This document shows, piece after piece, positions 8,347-16,653 of a DNA stretch of 44,628 nucleotides. Within the stretch, counting starts at the first letter, position 1; each line of letters opens with the position of its first letter. The position numbers were made by a program, and so were the translations under genes. This DNA is from a virus (Duplodnaviria; Caudoviricetes), in the IMG/VR virus record IMGVR_UViG_3300038530_001458, positions 1 to 44,628 of that record. One strand, 5' to 3'. The notes under the pieces were generated by a model. That model searched no databases. It was given only the letters and a program-made list of their open reading frames with translations, and had not been told where the DNA came from.

Positions 8347-8624
8347 TGGATTCCGGCTTTAGTGTCCTTATTGTCTACGTTAACGTTTTTCTCGTCCTTC
8401 TTCTTTTTGTTTAATTTGCCGAGTGCTGGCGTATAGGTCGCGGCTGTACCAGTCAGAAGTGACGCAGGAAACGTGGGATCTACCGCCTGCGAAAAAATTC
8501 CAAGATAGTTAGCGGTGAGGATGCCCATTGACCAAAGCAGGATCGTGACTCGCACAACGTCACCTAGCCAAGAGCTGCCTTGCTCTTCTTCCTTTTCTTG
8601 CTGATCTACAGAGTTGGTGGCCAT
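8343..8624 (-). CDS. Small two-segment membrane protein, holin-like candidate
   Basis: Acidic N-terminus, two hydrophobic segments, basic C-tail; lies near the endolysin. Confidence 0.6.
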   Translation of the reverse strand: MATNSVDQQEKEEEQGSSWLGDVVRVTILLWSMGILTANYLGIFSQAVDPTFPASLLTGTAATYTPALGKLNKKKKDEKNVNVDNKDTKAGIQ

Positions 8625-8666
8625 AGCAGAACAGAGCTACTGTTACAGGGTAACGAGTCCAAGCAA

Positions 8667-8840
8667 ATGCTTCTCATCCTCAAGCCAATTTTGATGACCG
8701 CCTGGAAGTCAAGAGCGTTCAAAGAGTTGATTGTGGCGATGCTGGAAAAGATCGTTGCAAGCACAGACAACGATCTGGATGATCTAGCGGTAAAGCATGT
8801 ACGCGAGATGCTGTTACCTGACACAAGGATTGAAAAGTAA
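8667..8840 (+). CDS. Small amphipathic lysis-associated protein (STDNDLDD motif)
   Basis: ATG at 8667 inside the listed ORF; immediately upstream of the endolysin. Confidence 0.65.
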   Translation: MLLILKPILMTAWKSRAFKELIVAMLEKIVASTDNDLDDLAVKHVREMLLPDTRIEK

Positions 8841-8843
8841 GTA

Positions 8844-9587
8844 GTGTCAGGCATTATCAAGCTAACCCTGCTGCTGTTGGGCATGGCTTTTGCTCTATTG
8901 CCGTTTTTCCAGTTTTTCCGTGGTACGCCCCATCAGTTGGCTGCAATTAAGGAGCTTGAGCAGTCCGTGCCGGAAGAGCTATTGGATGAAGATGCAGACT
9001 GGTTCCAGGCTTGGAAGGAAAGCGGCTACGACCAGCAGATCTATATGCCTTACTTCAGACAGCTCGACAACAAAACAGGCACTGGTATCAGAGAGTGTTT
9101 TAGTTCAGCGGCAGCCATGGTGGCTGCGTATTACAAAAAGGTTCGCACGGATGATGAATACAATGCGATCCGTGCTGAATTTGGCGATACCAACTCGGTA
9201 GAAGCTCAGTTAGCAGCGTTGCGAAGCCTGGGTTTAGAGGCTGAGTTTCGCAAAGATGGCGATGCTGACATGGTGGAACTTGAAGTTGAAAATGGCAGAC
9301 CAGTTTTGGTTGGATGGTTACATGCAGGTAACATGCTTCGTGGTGAACCACCAATGTGCAGTGGCTTGGGTTGCGGGCATTGGAGCGTAATCAGCGGTTA
9401 TGCAGGAAAAAACAGCACCGATCCAGAATGGATCATGCAAGATCCGCGTGGCTATCCAGAAATGGAAAAAGGAGGCCATAGCAACCCGCATTTGGGGCGT
9501 AACGTCCGTGTAAGGCAAGCTGCGTTCTATCAACGGTGGCAGCATGAAGGCCCTAGAACAGGCTGGGTAATTCTGGTTAACGATTAA
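8844..9587 (+). CDS. Putative endolysin, C39-like (papain-fold) peptidase
   Basis: PYFRQLDN...RECFSSAAAM (Cys), GHWSVISGY (His), DPRG (Asp); start may be the internal Met near 8883. Confidence 0.75.
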   Translation: MSGIIKLTLLLLGMAFALLPFFQFFRGTPHQLAAIKELEQSVPEELLDEDADWFQAWKESGYDQQIYMPYFRQLDNKTGTGIRECFSSAAAMVAAYYKKVRTDDEYNAIRAEFGDTNSVEAQLAALRSLGLEAEFRKDGDADMVELEVENGRPVLVGWLHAGNMLRGEPPMCSGLGCGHWSVISGYAGKNSTDPEWIMQDPRGYPEMEKGGHSNPHLGRNVRVRQAAFYQRWQHEGPRTGWVILVND

Positions 9588-9590
9588 GTT

Positions 9591-9881
9591 TTATTCGGTT
9601 TGAGCATCAGCTTGTTTGTATTGAGCAGCCCTGACAATTCGCATTTCCTTTCTCCCTCTAATTCTGGCTTCTACTGCCTCTTGCCACTTTTGTTCGTCAT
9701 TCTGCTTAGCTTCTGCGTAAACGTTTTCACTAGCCACTGAGGCGAGATATTCGTAGACAAGCTTTCTAATAAGAGCTGAAGGCTTCATGCCTAGAGCTTC
9801 TGCTTTTTCAATAAAGAGTTCTCCTCTGAAGGTCTCTAGCAGGACTTGGATATAAACGCGATTGCCGTGCTTTGTCGCCAT
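9591..9881 (-). CDS. Ribbon-helix-helix-like DNA-binding protein
   Basis: RVYIQVLL strand followed by helices (AEALGMKPSALIRKLV). Confidence 0.6.
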   Translation of the reverse strand: MATKHGNRVYIQVLLETFRGELFIEKAEALGMKPSALIRKLVYEYLASVASENVYAEAKQNDEQKWQEAVEARIRGRKEMRIVRAAQYKQADAQTE

Positions 9882-9905
9882 CGGCTCTAAAATACTAAAC
9901 GAATG

Positions 9906-10115
9906 CTACCATGTTATCGAGTCGTCAACCTTTTTCTTCCACGCAGTTGCCTGCGCAGAGCGTGCATTGGTGCGGTGACGACGAGAGCCTTGCCTGACTT
10001 GTCTTGCGCCTTCTAAAAACATTGCAGCTCTTTGAAGGTCAGCTGTTGTGGCTAGTTGAATTGCTTTGTTGAGGCGCTCCATGATGATCTGACGCCCCGA
10101 TTTCGGTTGCGGCAT
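9906..10115 (-). CDS. Hypothetical basic protein
   Basis: 69-aa ATG ORF continuing the leftward operon. Confidence 0.6.
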   Translation of the reverse strand: MPQPKSGRQIIMERLNKAIQLATTADLQRAAMFLEGARQVRQGSRRHRTNARSAQATAWKKKVDDSITW

Positions 10116-10183
10116 ACTTCATCGCACCAGCAAGGGGTTGATGGAACGTTAGCGCGTAAAACTGAGGATGAACCTAAAGAGTG

Positions 10184-10212
10184 TTGACATCCTCTTGCCG
10201 GTATGCTACCTT
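10184..10212 (+). promoter_or_regulatory. Sigma70-type promoter, probably giving a leaderless mRNA
   Basis: TTGACA-N17-TACCTT with extended TG; ATG at 10220 lies 7 nt after the -10. Confidence 0.75.
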
Positions 10213-10219
10213 TCAAGGC

Positions 10220-10777
10220 ATGAGCATCTCCGACTTCAAAGACTCCATCATCCTTGACAGGCAGCGTGGAGCGACTTACCAGGCTATCGCTGATCGTTTT
10301 GACTGCAGCAGGCAGTGTATTGAACAACTGTTGGCCCGTTGGAACGCCAAAGATGTTTTGGTGCCTTCAAAACATGATCGGGCACGGCAAGCCTTAAAAC
10401 TCATCATTGATGGGAAAGAGACCCACCTGAACAAGGCAGCTCGCCTTCATTGCGTCACTGAAGATATGATCCGTAAAATCGCAAAAAAAGACGATATTGA
10501 TCTACGTGGCTTTTTAAAACGCAATCGAGCCAAGGTGTTGGCGCATTCTTTGGATGGTCAGCAGTTTACTGCCTTAAAAATTGTTGACGGTACATGCTAC
10601 CTTGACGACTCTGGGGATGGTCGAGTTGAGGCCACTTGCATGGTGTGCGGGACTCGTAAGATTTTTCGCGTTGGCAACCTCAAAGGTGGTTATTCAAAGA
10701 CTTGCAGCGTCTCATGTGGCTGGCGTCTTCGCAAAACTGATTGCCTTAAGACCGAAAAATGTGATGAAGTTTTTTAA
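10220..10777 (+). CDS. HTH plus Cys-rich domain protein
   Basis: GATYQAIADRFDCSRQCIEQ HTH; CMVCG...NLKGG.SKTC.VSCG resembles the N-terminal module of phage HNH/AP2 endonucleases. Confidence 0.65.
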   Translation: MSISDFKDSIILDRQRGATYQAIADRFDCSRQCIEQLLARWNAKDVLVPSKHDRARQALKLIIDGKETHLNKAARLHCVTEDMIRKIAKKDDIDLRGFLKRNRAKVLAHSLDGQQFTALKIVDGTCYLDDSGDGRVEATCMVCGTRKIFRVGNLKGGYSKTCSVSCGWRLRKTDCLKTEKCDEVF

Positions 10778-10997
10778 ATTCATGAATTGGCGTTGAAGTA
10801 AGGATGCTGACTTCTACGTTGCAGCGCAATGCGTTAATAACTTGTCGCTCCATGTAATCCTTATTGGATTCATAAGTGACTTGTTCAACAGCAAGCGGCT
10901 TGTCGTCTATATCAAATGTAGTGAAGCGAGTTATTGCCAACGGGCAATGTTCGTCAGCGATCTGGCAGTAATGCAAATGCACGTTTTTAGTCCCCAT
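10746..10997 (-). CDS. Hypothetical protein (MGTKNVHLHY...)
   Basis: Internal ATG at 10997 overlaps the end of the upstream gene. Confidence 0.6.
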   Translation of the reverse strand: MGTKNVHLHYCQIADEHCPLAITRFTTFDIDDKPLAVEQVTYESNKDYMERQVINALRCNVEVSILTSTPIHEFKKLHHIFRS

Positions 10998-11250
10998 CTC
11001 CGGAGCGGCAGAGTTCGTTGAATACAGTGGCGACAAGGCTTTCAGCCTGTTGCCTGTCCAGACCATAGCTAGACCGACGACGAACCTTCGTAACAGCTTT
11101 ATGAAAATCACTGGTGGTCAGTCCTAAATGGTTAGGTGGCTGCATGAGGCGCTCACGGATCAATTCTGACCTGTGAACACCTTTTTCTTTGGCTTCAGCA
11201 GAGAGTCTTTCGATCAGCTCTTCTGGAAGGAGAGTTTCAACTTTTTTCAT
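10987..11250 (-). CDS. CopG/RHH-family DNA-binding protein
   Basis: MKKVETLLPEELIERLSAEAKEKGVHRSELIRE fits the RHH pattern. Confidence 0.75.
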   Translation of the reverse strand: MKKVETLLPEELIERLSAEAKEKGVHRSELIRERLMQPPNHLGLTTSDFHKAVTKVRRRSSYGLDRQQAESLVATVFNELCRSGDGD

Positions 11251-11259
11251 GTGTGGACG

Positions 11260-11403
11260 TTACTTACGCTTTGAGCGTTTCTTGTTTTTTTGAGACGGTT
11301 TGATACGCGGTTTAGCTGGTTTGTATTTTATGCGAGCAACAGTCTCGTGATAGCCAGGAGGTTCTGGGACGCTTGCACGTTCCAAAATCTTTGTCCAGTT
11401 CAT
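11260..11403 (-). CDS. Small basic protein not in the ORF track (MNWTKILERASVPEPPGYHE...KKRSKRK, 47 aa)
   Basis: Translated manually; fills the gap between the helicase and RHH genes. Confidence 0.6.
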   Translation of the reverse strand: MNWTKILERASVPEPPGYHETVARIKYKPAKPRIKPSQKNKKRSKRK

Positions 11404-11660
11404 CCCTCACGCGCGTATAGATGCAAAATATGTCCCCATACTTCAAAAGCCAGTGATGCCAAAGGTTTTGCATGGGGACAATAGGTAGGGACAATTAAAT
11501 TTGTCCCCTTTCTTGCTCAGTAAGTTCAATTTCAACCGCACCATCCATCAAAGGGGGACATGAAGGATTGTCCCCATACTGTTGTCCCGTACCAAAAGCC
11601 TCTTCATCACTGGATTCTTTAGTTGAAGGGGACACGTTCCATCCCTCTCCACGCGCGAGA
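11400..11660. repeat. Putative replication origin: clustered GGGACA/TGTCCC iterons
   Basis: Copies at 11431, 11474, 11488, 11502, 11554, 11569, 11583 and 11628 in both orientations, bracketed by CATCCCTC..ACGCGCG at about 11401 and 11640. Confidence 0.65.
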
Positions 11661-13750
11661 TTAGCTATATAGTTCTTGGTACGGGAACCTTTTGAGACGC
11701 TTGAGACAATAAGTTGCTGAGCTTCCAGCCTTTGGAGCGTCTTCTTAATTGCAGCTGGAGTGCCGCCAATCAACCGATCTGCAATGAGATCAGTTTTGGT
11801 GCGTGACTCGGGGTAAGCAGTCCTCAAGCGACTAAGCACTCTGCCTTGCACAGAGGATGGAGCGTTGCTGTCCGGATCCATTTCAGGAGTGAAGTCAGCG
11901 ATGTAAAAGTCCAAGTCCTCTGTCTGGCCAAGAATCAAATGCGTACCAGAGCGCCCTGAGCGGCTCTTTTCGACTTCAATCAACCTTTCATGCGGTTTGA
12001 GCTGCTGCTGCTCCTTGGAGCGCTTCTGAGGGTCGCTTTCAGGGCGCTTAAGGCTCCAGGTCTCATCTACTGCATCACGAATGGCTGAAGTGCCACGGAA
12101 ACCGCCATTTTTGTTGGCGTGGTGAATGATGATAATGGTTGTCGCGTGGAACAGTGGACCGTTGTTTTTTGTAAGCCAATACAGGGGAGTCGCAAAGTCA
12201 GACTTGTTTTCATCAAAAGCCCGACCACCAGAGCAACCGATTAAGGAATCAATGACAACCAGCTTTGGCTTGTACTTGTCCATTAGCTCGATGAACTGCG
12301 CATAGCGTTGAAGCTGCCAGTCAGTCTGGATGTAAGTCTCATCTGTGATTGGGAAATCAGCTTCTATCAGTTGTTCTTTAAGTTGGATCAAAGGCTGATC
12401 ACCATTGAGCAGCAAGACAGGGCCTTGTTGAATTGGAACGTCAGCACCGCGCACTCTGAAGGGCTTACCACTGACAATGTGCTTAGCGAGAGCCCATGCA
12501 GCAGTTGACTTACCATCACCACCAGCGCCATAGATCAAGATGGTTGAGGGGTGAGGAAGGACATCAGGGATAAGGTATTCACGTTTATCTTCAAGCTTCA
12601 TTAGTTCTGTAGCAGTCATAAGGGTTTCTTTTTTCTCGTAGGCCATCTGATCAACGATCAGCTTTTCAAGCGCGGTTTGATCGCGATAGCCAGCTTGAAG
12701 AGCAAGAGAGTTGAGCTTGTAGTTGACCTCAGCAGGATTATCAAGCTTGAGGATAGCCTTGGCGCGTTTCATCACCTCCTCGTATTCAAGAGTTGACTGC
12801 CTGTACTCTTGAACCTGCTTGTTATCTGCGTCTTCAACGATCTTTGCAATGTCGTCAGAAAACCGATGGCGGTGAGGGTCTTCCAAGTCGGCTAAGCGAA
12901 TCAGTGTGCCCAGGCCAACGCCATTGCCTTTAAAAGAGTGCCAGATGTTCTCGCAAGGATCGTTGTCTTCCCATTCATCCTTGAAGTCTGGATCATCTGC
13001 TGACCAAGAGGTCCAAAGCATTCTCCCTGCTTCATTAGGCAAAGCAGAATTGATTGCCATTCCAATTTTGATCCAGTGGTCGCGTGACCCTTTGCCTTTG
13101 TTGGGAATCACGCTGAGGCAGTCTTTGACGATTTGAAAAATCTCGTCAGTGGTGCGGTCAGAAAAATCAAGGTCACGTTTGATGATGAGCTTTGGAGGCT
13201 CACGCATTTCAGCGAGCAACCAATCTGGAGCGACTGGAATATTGTTGAGATCGCCTTCAAGCTTGTACTCACCAGGCTCAGAGTTGTCACCACCTGGGTA
13301 AGCACCAAAAATTATGCCTTGCCTCTTCGAGTTCCAAAGGATCTCATAATCCTCTTTGCCAAGGCCGCGACCTTTAACATCCTTCCAAAGGGGTTCTGGA
13401 ACGCGGAAGATAAATTTGGCGGCATTCTGCTTGGTTGACGTAACCATTGGAGCTCCAGCAAGTGACTCGCCCCATTGCTTCATGCAACGCTTGAGGTTGC
13501 GGTCTACATCAAGAAAGACGATGCCATTGCCGCGGATGCCAGTAAAAATGCCAACAGCTTTGAGGTCGCTGTTGCGTTGGAGCGCTAAGGCAACGTCTGC
13601 TGGCCCAAACTTTTGGTCGAAACTGGCTTTCAAGGGTTGCTTGCCACAAAAGCCACGCTTTGCACTTTTGGCGTGGATTGGAGCATATACAAGCCCTTCA
13701 GGCAAAGCCTTGACGAAGTCTTGAAGCGTCATGTAAGATTGTAAAGTCAT
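11495..13750 (-). CDS. Bifunctional primase-polymerase / PriCT-2 / RecA-like (AAA_25) helicase
   Basis: Prim-Pol motifs (VGIFTG, FLDVD); WIKIGMAI...WS PriCT-2; Walker A GAGGDGKS; Walker B VVIDS; IHHANK; RGTSAI. Confidence 0.9.
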   Translation of the reverse strand: MTLQSYMTLQDFVKALPEGLVYAPIHAKSAKRGFCGKQPLKASFDQKFGPADVALALQRNSDLKAVGIFTGIRGNGIVFLDVDRNLKRCMKQWGESLAGAPMVTSTKQNAAKFIFRVPEPLWKDVKGRGLGKEDYEILWNSKRQGIIFGAYPGGDNSEPGEYKLEGDLNNIPVAPDWLLAEMREPPKLIIKRDLDFSDRTTDEIFQIVKDCLSVIPNKGKGSRDHWIKIGMAINSALPNEAGRMLWTSWSADDPDFKDEWEDNDPCENIWHSFKGNGVGLGTLIRLADLEDPHRHRFSDDIAKIVEDADNKQVQEYRQSTLEYEEVMKRAKAILKLDNPAEVNYKLNSLALQAGYRDQTALEKLIVDQMAYEKKETLMTATELMKLEDKREYLIPDVLPHPSTILIYGAGGDGKSTAAWALAKHIVSGKPFRVRGADVPIQQGPVLLLNGDQPLIQLKEQLIEADFPITDETYIQTDWQLQRYAQFIELMDKYKPKLVVIDSLIGCSGGRAFDENKSDFATPLYWLTKNNGPLFHATTIIIIHHANKNGGFRGTSAIRDAVDETWSLKRPESDPQKRSKEQQQLKPHERLIEVEKSRSGRSGTHLILGQTEDLDFYIADFTPEMDPDSNAPSSVQGRVLSRLRTAYPESRTKTDLIADRLIGGTPAAIKKTLQRLEAQQLIVSSVSKGSRTKNYIANLARGEGWNVSPSTKESSDEEAFGTGQQYGDNPSCPPLMDGAVEIELTEQERGQI

Positions 13751-13760
13751 CGGACAGCAA

Positions 13761-13803
13761 ACCCGGTCTGCCCCTGGCGTTTAGGGCAGGTCGGGTCTTT
13801 TTT
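13761..13803 (+). terminator. Hairpin plus T-tract antisense to the replicase leader
   Basis: ACCCGGTCTGCCC...GGGCAGGTCGGGT-CTTTTTT. Confidence 0.65.
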
Positions 13804-13845
13804 ATCCTACCCGAGGTTGACTGCCCGTCAATCCCGGCTTACAGT
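13804..13845. promoter_or_regulatory. Divergent sigma70 promoters sharing the palindrome TTGAC-N5-GTCAA
   Basis: + strand TTGACT(13817)-N17-TACAGT(13840); - strand TTGACG(13831)-N16-TAGGAT(13809). Confidence 0.75.
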
Positions 13846-13890
13846 ATCAAGGCGTCTAAATGAGACGCGACACTTACCAAGACACACACC

Positions 13891-14499
13891 GTGAAAGTTT
13901 CCGACGATTTTTTGGCAGTACTTGAGCCAGAGACTGAAAGCGCCTCATCTGCGGACGGCTACTTGCGTCCAAACAAAATTGAATCAGGCAAGCCTGCTGT
14001 TTTTGCTTTGCTTGAAGAGGATCCTCTTGAGTATTGGCTGGTCTGGGGCACGCCTAAAGAGGGTGGCAACAATAAGCCTTTCCGATTCATTGAAAAGCCC
14101 TCTGATGAGGACATTGAATTGGAATTGGGGCGTGACTTTAGCCGCGCGTTGAACTACGACAAAACTGCTGAAGACAAGGCATATAAGTGCCTGACTTGGC
14201 CGGTTTACAACTGGGAAGAGAAGCGCGTGCAAGTGCTTGAGGTCACACAGATCTCAATTTCTCGACAGTTCGTCAAATATGGTCTGCATAAGACCTACAG
14301 CAAAAACCTTCTCGACTGGGATTTCCAGATGGAAAAAGGCAGCGTTGGTGGTAAGACCAAGTATGACTTGATGGTCATCCCTCGTGACGAAGACGAGCAC
14401 GATGACATTCAGATGGCAAAGGATTGGAAGACTGCTCAAAAGGGAGGTTTTGACTTGACCCGTTTGATTGGTGGTGGCGATCCTTTCAAGGAAGCGTGA
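13891..14499 (+). CDS. Probable ssDNA-binding protein
   Basis: Acidic and aromatic-rich; PVYNWE..VQVLE.TQ.SI and DF..K...KT.Y pattern of phage OB-fold SSBs; replication context. Confidence 0.55.
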   Translation: MKVSDDFLAVLEPETESASSADGYLRPNKIESGKPAVFALLEEDPLEYWLVWGTPKEGGNNKPFRFIEKPSDEDIELELGRDFSRALNYDKTAEDKAYKCLTWPVYNWEEKRVQVLEVTQISISRQFVKYGLHKTYSKNLLDWDFQMEKGSVGGKTKYDLMVIPRDEDEHDDIQMAKDWKTAQKGGFDLTRLIGGGDPFKEA

Positions 14500-14565
14500 G
14501 TTTAGTGGGCATCAATTTTCGACTGATTGTGTAAGTCCCACGTTCCACCACCACCAAGAGCCACC

Positions 14566-15054
14566 ATGAGCCAAGTTGCAAAGCGCAAAGGACTCGCCAG
14601 AGTTCTGCGAATAGTCGGTCACAAAGACATGCTTGTCGTTGAAGTCGTACAAGACCCGACTGGCGAATGTCTTTCTCAAGAGACGCTTTGCTTTCTCAAT
14701 AAAACCAAGCAACTTTGGATGCTTGATGAGCTTGAAGAAGGCAATGAGATTGGCATTGAGTTGCCATTAAAACCTGGTCGCGGATTTGATCCAGTTACCT
14801 GGGCTTTGCCAAACCACGATCAACCTGAGTATCTACGAAAGCTAACTCCTTCCGTGGATGAAAAGCTCATAGCTGTATCTAGCGACAACTTGACCACTAC
14901 GAATGAGGCTAAGTTTTCATTTGGAACAGCTAAGTTCAAAGGCGAAGAAGCTGAATGGCTAGAGCAGTTCTGTGGCAAGTACAGGAACAAGGGTGATGCT
15001 TTTGAAGATCTTTTCAGGGCAGCACTGCCACTGCTAAAACTCTTACAGAGCTAG
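14566..15054 (+). CDS. Hypothetical protein
   Basis: ATG at 14566 after a CCA-rich leader. Confidence 0.65.
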   Translation: MSQVAKRKGLARVLRIVGHKDMLVVEVVQDPTGECLSQETLCFLNKTKQLWMLDELEEGNEIGIELPLKPGRGFDPVTWALPNHDQPEYLRKLTPSVDEKLIAVSSDNLTTTNEAKFSFGTAKFKGEEAEWLEQFCGKYRNKGDAFEDLFRAALPLLKLLQS

Positions 15055-15064
15055 TTTGGGAGCT

Positions 15065-15088
15065 GGGGGCCTTGCGCCCCCTTCTTTT
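15065..15088 (+). terminator. Intrinsic terminator overlapping a possible promoter (TTGCGC-N16-TATATT)
   Basis: GGGGGC-CTTGC-GCCCCC-TTCTTTT. Confidence 0.65.
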
Positions 15089-15119
15089 AGGGATATATTA
15101 GTTTTGGGAAAGAGTGCTT

Positions 15120-15281
15120 ATGGAACTGCCCGAGACAGAAATGGCATTTATGGAAGACGGCTCCGTCTCTGTGACTGTTGGCGATTTGACTGGGGTTGTA
15201 TCAAGTGCTCATTTAATAGAACCCAAAGCCAATCAGCTCCGTCAAAGGTGGCTGCAAGAAAACGCCATTCATGACGACTGA
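15120..15281 (+). CDS. Small protein not in the ORF track (MELPETEMAF...VSSAHLIEPK..., 53 aa)
   Basis: Translated manually; more protein-like than the listed 15056..15274 frame. Confidence 0.6.
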   Translation: MELPETEMAFMEDGSVSVTVGDLTGVVSSAHLIEPKANQLRQRWLQENAIHDD

Positions 15282-16086
15282 CACACAAGATCTTTTGGCT
15301 TCACTGCGGCGATGGCAGTTGGAGCAAGACAACTCAGGACGATTTCGTGTTTACAGGGATCAACACGGACAGATTTATCACTCCGTCACCCATATCCTGA
15401 AGAACACAGCCCCTCAATCACAGAAAGATGCTTTGGAGCGCTGGTCACAACGTGCTGGCAGTGGTTTGGAGCGTGACATTGCTTGTGACCGTGGCACCAT
15501 TGCTCATGAACATTGCGAATATGTACTCAAGACCGCAGCAAAGTTGGCTCGACAGAGCGCTAACAAGAAGGGTTCATGGAAGGTCTGGAATGATGGATTG
15601 GCTCGCCCTCCTAAAGCAATCACCAGTTGGGCACTCAAAAAAGCGAAGGAAGGGTCGCCAAAGGTTGCATGGCCAGCCCGTGAGTACGCCAGAGGTTTAT
15701 CCGACTGGCTGGTAAGTGGAACGGTAACGGCCATTCATGCCAGTGAATTCAGCGTTAGTAGCAATGAAGGTTTTGCTGGTACGGCAGATGCGTTGATCGA
15801 TACGGCATTAGGTCTGACGATCTGTGACTTTAAGACGACAAGCCGTGAGGCTGATAAGCCTGAAGCGTGGTTAAAGGATCACCAGGATCAACTTGGTGCT
15901 TATAGCCTTGCCTTGCGTGAGAGAGCAGGGATTCGTGTGGCTGCTGGAGCGGTAGTAATTGCGAAGCCAAACGGGAATGTGCAGCTACGCATGTTGAGTG
16001 AGCTTGAGATGAGAGGTTGCGAGGCCAGATGGACTGAGCGCAATAACCTCTACAAGGAGATGCTGCTAAACGGTGAAGTGATGTAA
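15271..16086 (+). CDS. PD-(D/E)XK exonuclease (RecB/Cas4-like fold)
   Basis: YHSVTHIL, RGTIAH, E...FAGTADAL, ICDFKT, QLGAY motifs. Confidence 0.88.
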   Translation: MTTDTQDLLASLRRWQLEQDNSGRFRVYRDQHGQIYHSVTHILKNTAPQSQKDALERWSQRAGSGLERDIACDRGTIAHEHCEYVLKTAAKLARQSANKKGSWKVWNDGLARPPKAITSWALKKAKEGSPKVAWPAREYARGLSDWLVSGTVTAIHASEFSVSSNEGFAGTADALIDTALGLTICDFKTTSREADKPEAWLKDHQDQLGAYSLALRERAGIRVAAGAVVIAKPNGNVQLRMLSELEMRGCEARWTERNNLYKEMLLNGEVM

Positions 16087-16232
16087 TGGAAGAAGCATTT
16101 GATCTGCTGTATCGCGGGAAGTGCAACGTCTGGGTTGCAGCAGAAAAAGCAGGCGTCTCACCGGATGAGATGAAACGCCTGTTCAAAGCTTATGTATCAG
16201 AGGAGCACTCTTCTGTGACTCTACGTTCGTAG
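16086..16232 (+). CDS. Small HTH-like protein not in the ORF track (MEEAFDLLYRGKCNVWVAAEKAGVS..., 48 aa)
   Basis: TAATG coupling to the nuclease gene; AAEKAGVS helix-turn-helix-like. Confidence 0.55.
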   Translation: MEEAFDLLYRGKCNVWVAAEKAGVSPDEMKRLFKAYVSEEHSSVTLRS

Positions 16233-16393
16233 TAGCGCGTTAGACGTAAGCAGTCATTGGCGCGGACAAAGTTGCCCTGTTGTTCAAAGATGGCTGCCCT
16301 AGCCGTTTCGTAACGGATAGCGTTAGGAAGCATGTCTGTCGGAACGCGAGAACCAGGGGGAGAAAACTTGTTGCCGTTGAGGATGCTGCTCAC
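16190..16393 (-). CDS. Hypothetical early protein
   Basis: GTGA coupling in the leftward operon. Confidence 0.6.
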   Translation of the reverse strand: MSSILNGNKFSPPGSRVPTDMLPNAIRYETARAAIFEQQGNFVRANDCLRLTRYYERRVTEECSSDT

Positions 16394-16653
16394 GAGTTGT
16401 ACTTCTGGTTGTAAGCGGCAGTGTGCATCTCATTGAGAGTGATGGGAGGCTCACCGCCTGAGTCATCCCAAAGGTGGTCAGGAGTTGGGTCAAAGTCAAG
16501 TTCATTTTCCAACTGTGGAATGATTTCATCTTCTAGGAGCATCCGCATGGAACTGGTGAGATGTTCATCCATCTGATGACGCTTGTTTTCGCGGTCAATG
16601 ATGGCCTTAAGATCCTTGAGGATCAATTCGATTTGTTTGAATTCGTTCACCAT
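16390..16653 (-). CDS. Hypothetical early protein
   Basis: ATG ORF, overlaps both neighbours. Confidence 0.65.
   Translation of the reverse strand: MVNEFKQIELILKDLKAIIDRENKRHQMDEHLTSSMRMLLEDEIIPQLENELDFDPTPDHLWDDSGGEPPITLNEMHTAAYNQKYNS

Noticed and set aside
15056-15274. Listed 72-aa ORF
   Set aside because: It spans a terminator/promoter; the alternate frame 15120..15281 is more plausible
15271-16086. CRISPR-associated Cas4 system
   Set aside because: No repeat-spacer array or other cas genes, and no clear four-Cys Fe-S motif; an ordinary phage PD-(D/E)XK nuclease
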